A stretch of DNA of 64,000 bases from Mytilus edulis (taxonomy: Eukaryota): the NCBI RefSeq assembly GCF_963676685.1, contig NC_092353.1, positions 61,442,001 through 61,506,000 on the forward strand. Reading direction: 5' to 3'. The position numbers and the translations under genes were made by a program. Shown in pieces: positions 63,316 to 64,000 of this stretch. The notes below the pieces were generated by a model. It saw only the letters and a list, made by a program, of their open reading frames with translations. It was not told where the DNA came from and searched no databases. The number at the start of each line of letters is the position of its first letter. The first letter of the stretch is position 1.

Positions 63316-64000
63316 TTATGTATCCTCCCCCAGACTTAAGACAAAAACACCAAGGTAACAGAGTAAAGGACCATTTTTATTTGGTCTTACTCTTAGGTAT
63401 CTTTTTAATAGCAGTATTGGACAAACTGTTGAAACCGTCTTATTTATATCAATAGAAATACCCTTACCAGTTTGATCCCCCTTAGAGTGCATTAAGTGAA
63501 GCTCCACATAAAGTTTGTGTACCATGTATTGGTATTATATTTTGCGCTTGGCCTAATTTTGTGTAAACTAATTCTACAACTCTTAGAAAGCCATAAAGGC
63601 GACTGAAAAAACTGCCGCAAAAAGCAAAGATTCATATGCTGAATAACAAATCGATGGCAACTTTTCAATTAGCCTAGCCAAAAGTTCCGATGTAATTGGA
63701 AGCCTCTTTTCCTTCGAGAACTTACTGCGATTCAAACCCTCTAACATTTTTCGTCTGAGAAAATTTTGTAAATAGTACATAAATTGAGACTGTAGAACCT
63801 TGCAACGAAAACCAATAGCAGTCACGTAACAGCTGACAGTTTTATGTGCTCTCCCTTTCAGTGATAAATATGCAATAAAAAGCACAATATGCGAAGGGGG
63901 AGGCGGCCACACGCACTCCATATTAAAGTCTTTCCGAAATATCTCGAAACTCCGCAACCCCGTTCTATATGTATCCTTCGTGTTCGAAGCTAGCGAGGCA
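63316..64000 (-). pseudogene. DIRS/Ngaro-type tyrosine recombinase remnant
   Basis: FIAYLS...TVSCYVTAIG, RLPIT, frameshifted AF(Y)GFLRVVE (catalytic Arg), HSKGDQTGKG, CPILLLKRYL...GPL. The C-terminal HxxR/Y motifs are missing. Runs off the window end. Confidence 0.82.

Overview
AT-rich animal genomic DNA, not prokaryotic. It has spliceosomal introns and many transposons, and the repeat families suggest a bivalve, probably Mytilus (inference). Reconstructed host genes: (1) a probable minus-strand B-box + coiled-coil gene (exon 14589-14763 plus tandemly duplicated phase-1 exons between 86 and 5385); (2) a decayed cGAS-like receptor (cGLR/Mab-21 NTase) pseudogene at 19586-20311 (-), absent from the ORF track; (3) a divergent plus-strand cGLR gene (21924-27698) whose NTase domain and duplicated TPR-like C-terminus are separated by one in-frame TAA lying inside a putative 57-nt in-frame GT-AG intron; (4) a convergent, intact 4-exon ENPP4/5-like ecto-phosphodiesterase (38279-33747, 488 aa). 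A young full-length Gypsy LTR retrotransposon (39008-46636, CTGG TSD) sits 0.7 kb upstream of the ENPP start. It has a -1 frameshift signal, a chromodomain-like tail and seven conserved hairpins in its 3' untranslated region. The rest contains hammerhead-ribozyme retrozymes, Penelope-like, L1/Tx1 and DIRS-like remnants, and several MITEs (IS3EU-, hAT-, mariner- and Helentron-like). All gene models were read by eye and need RNA-seq confirmation.
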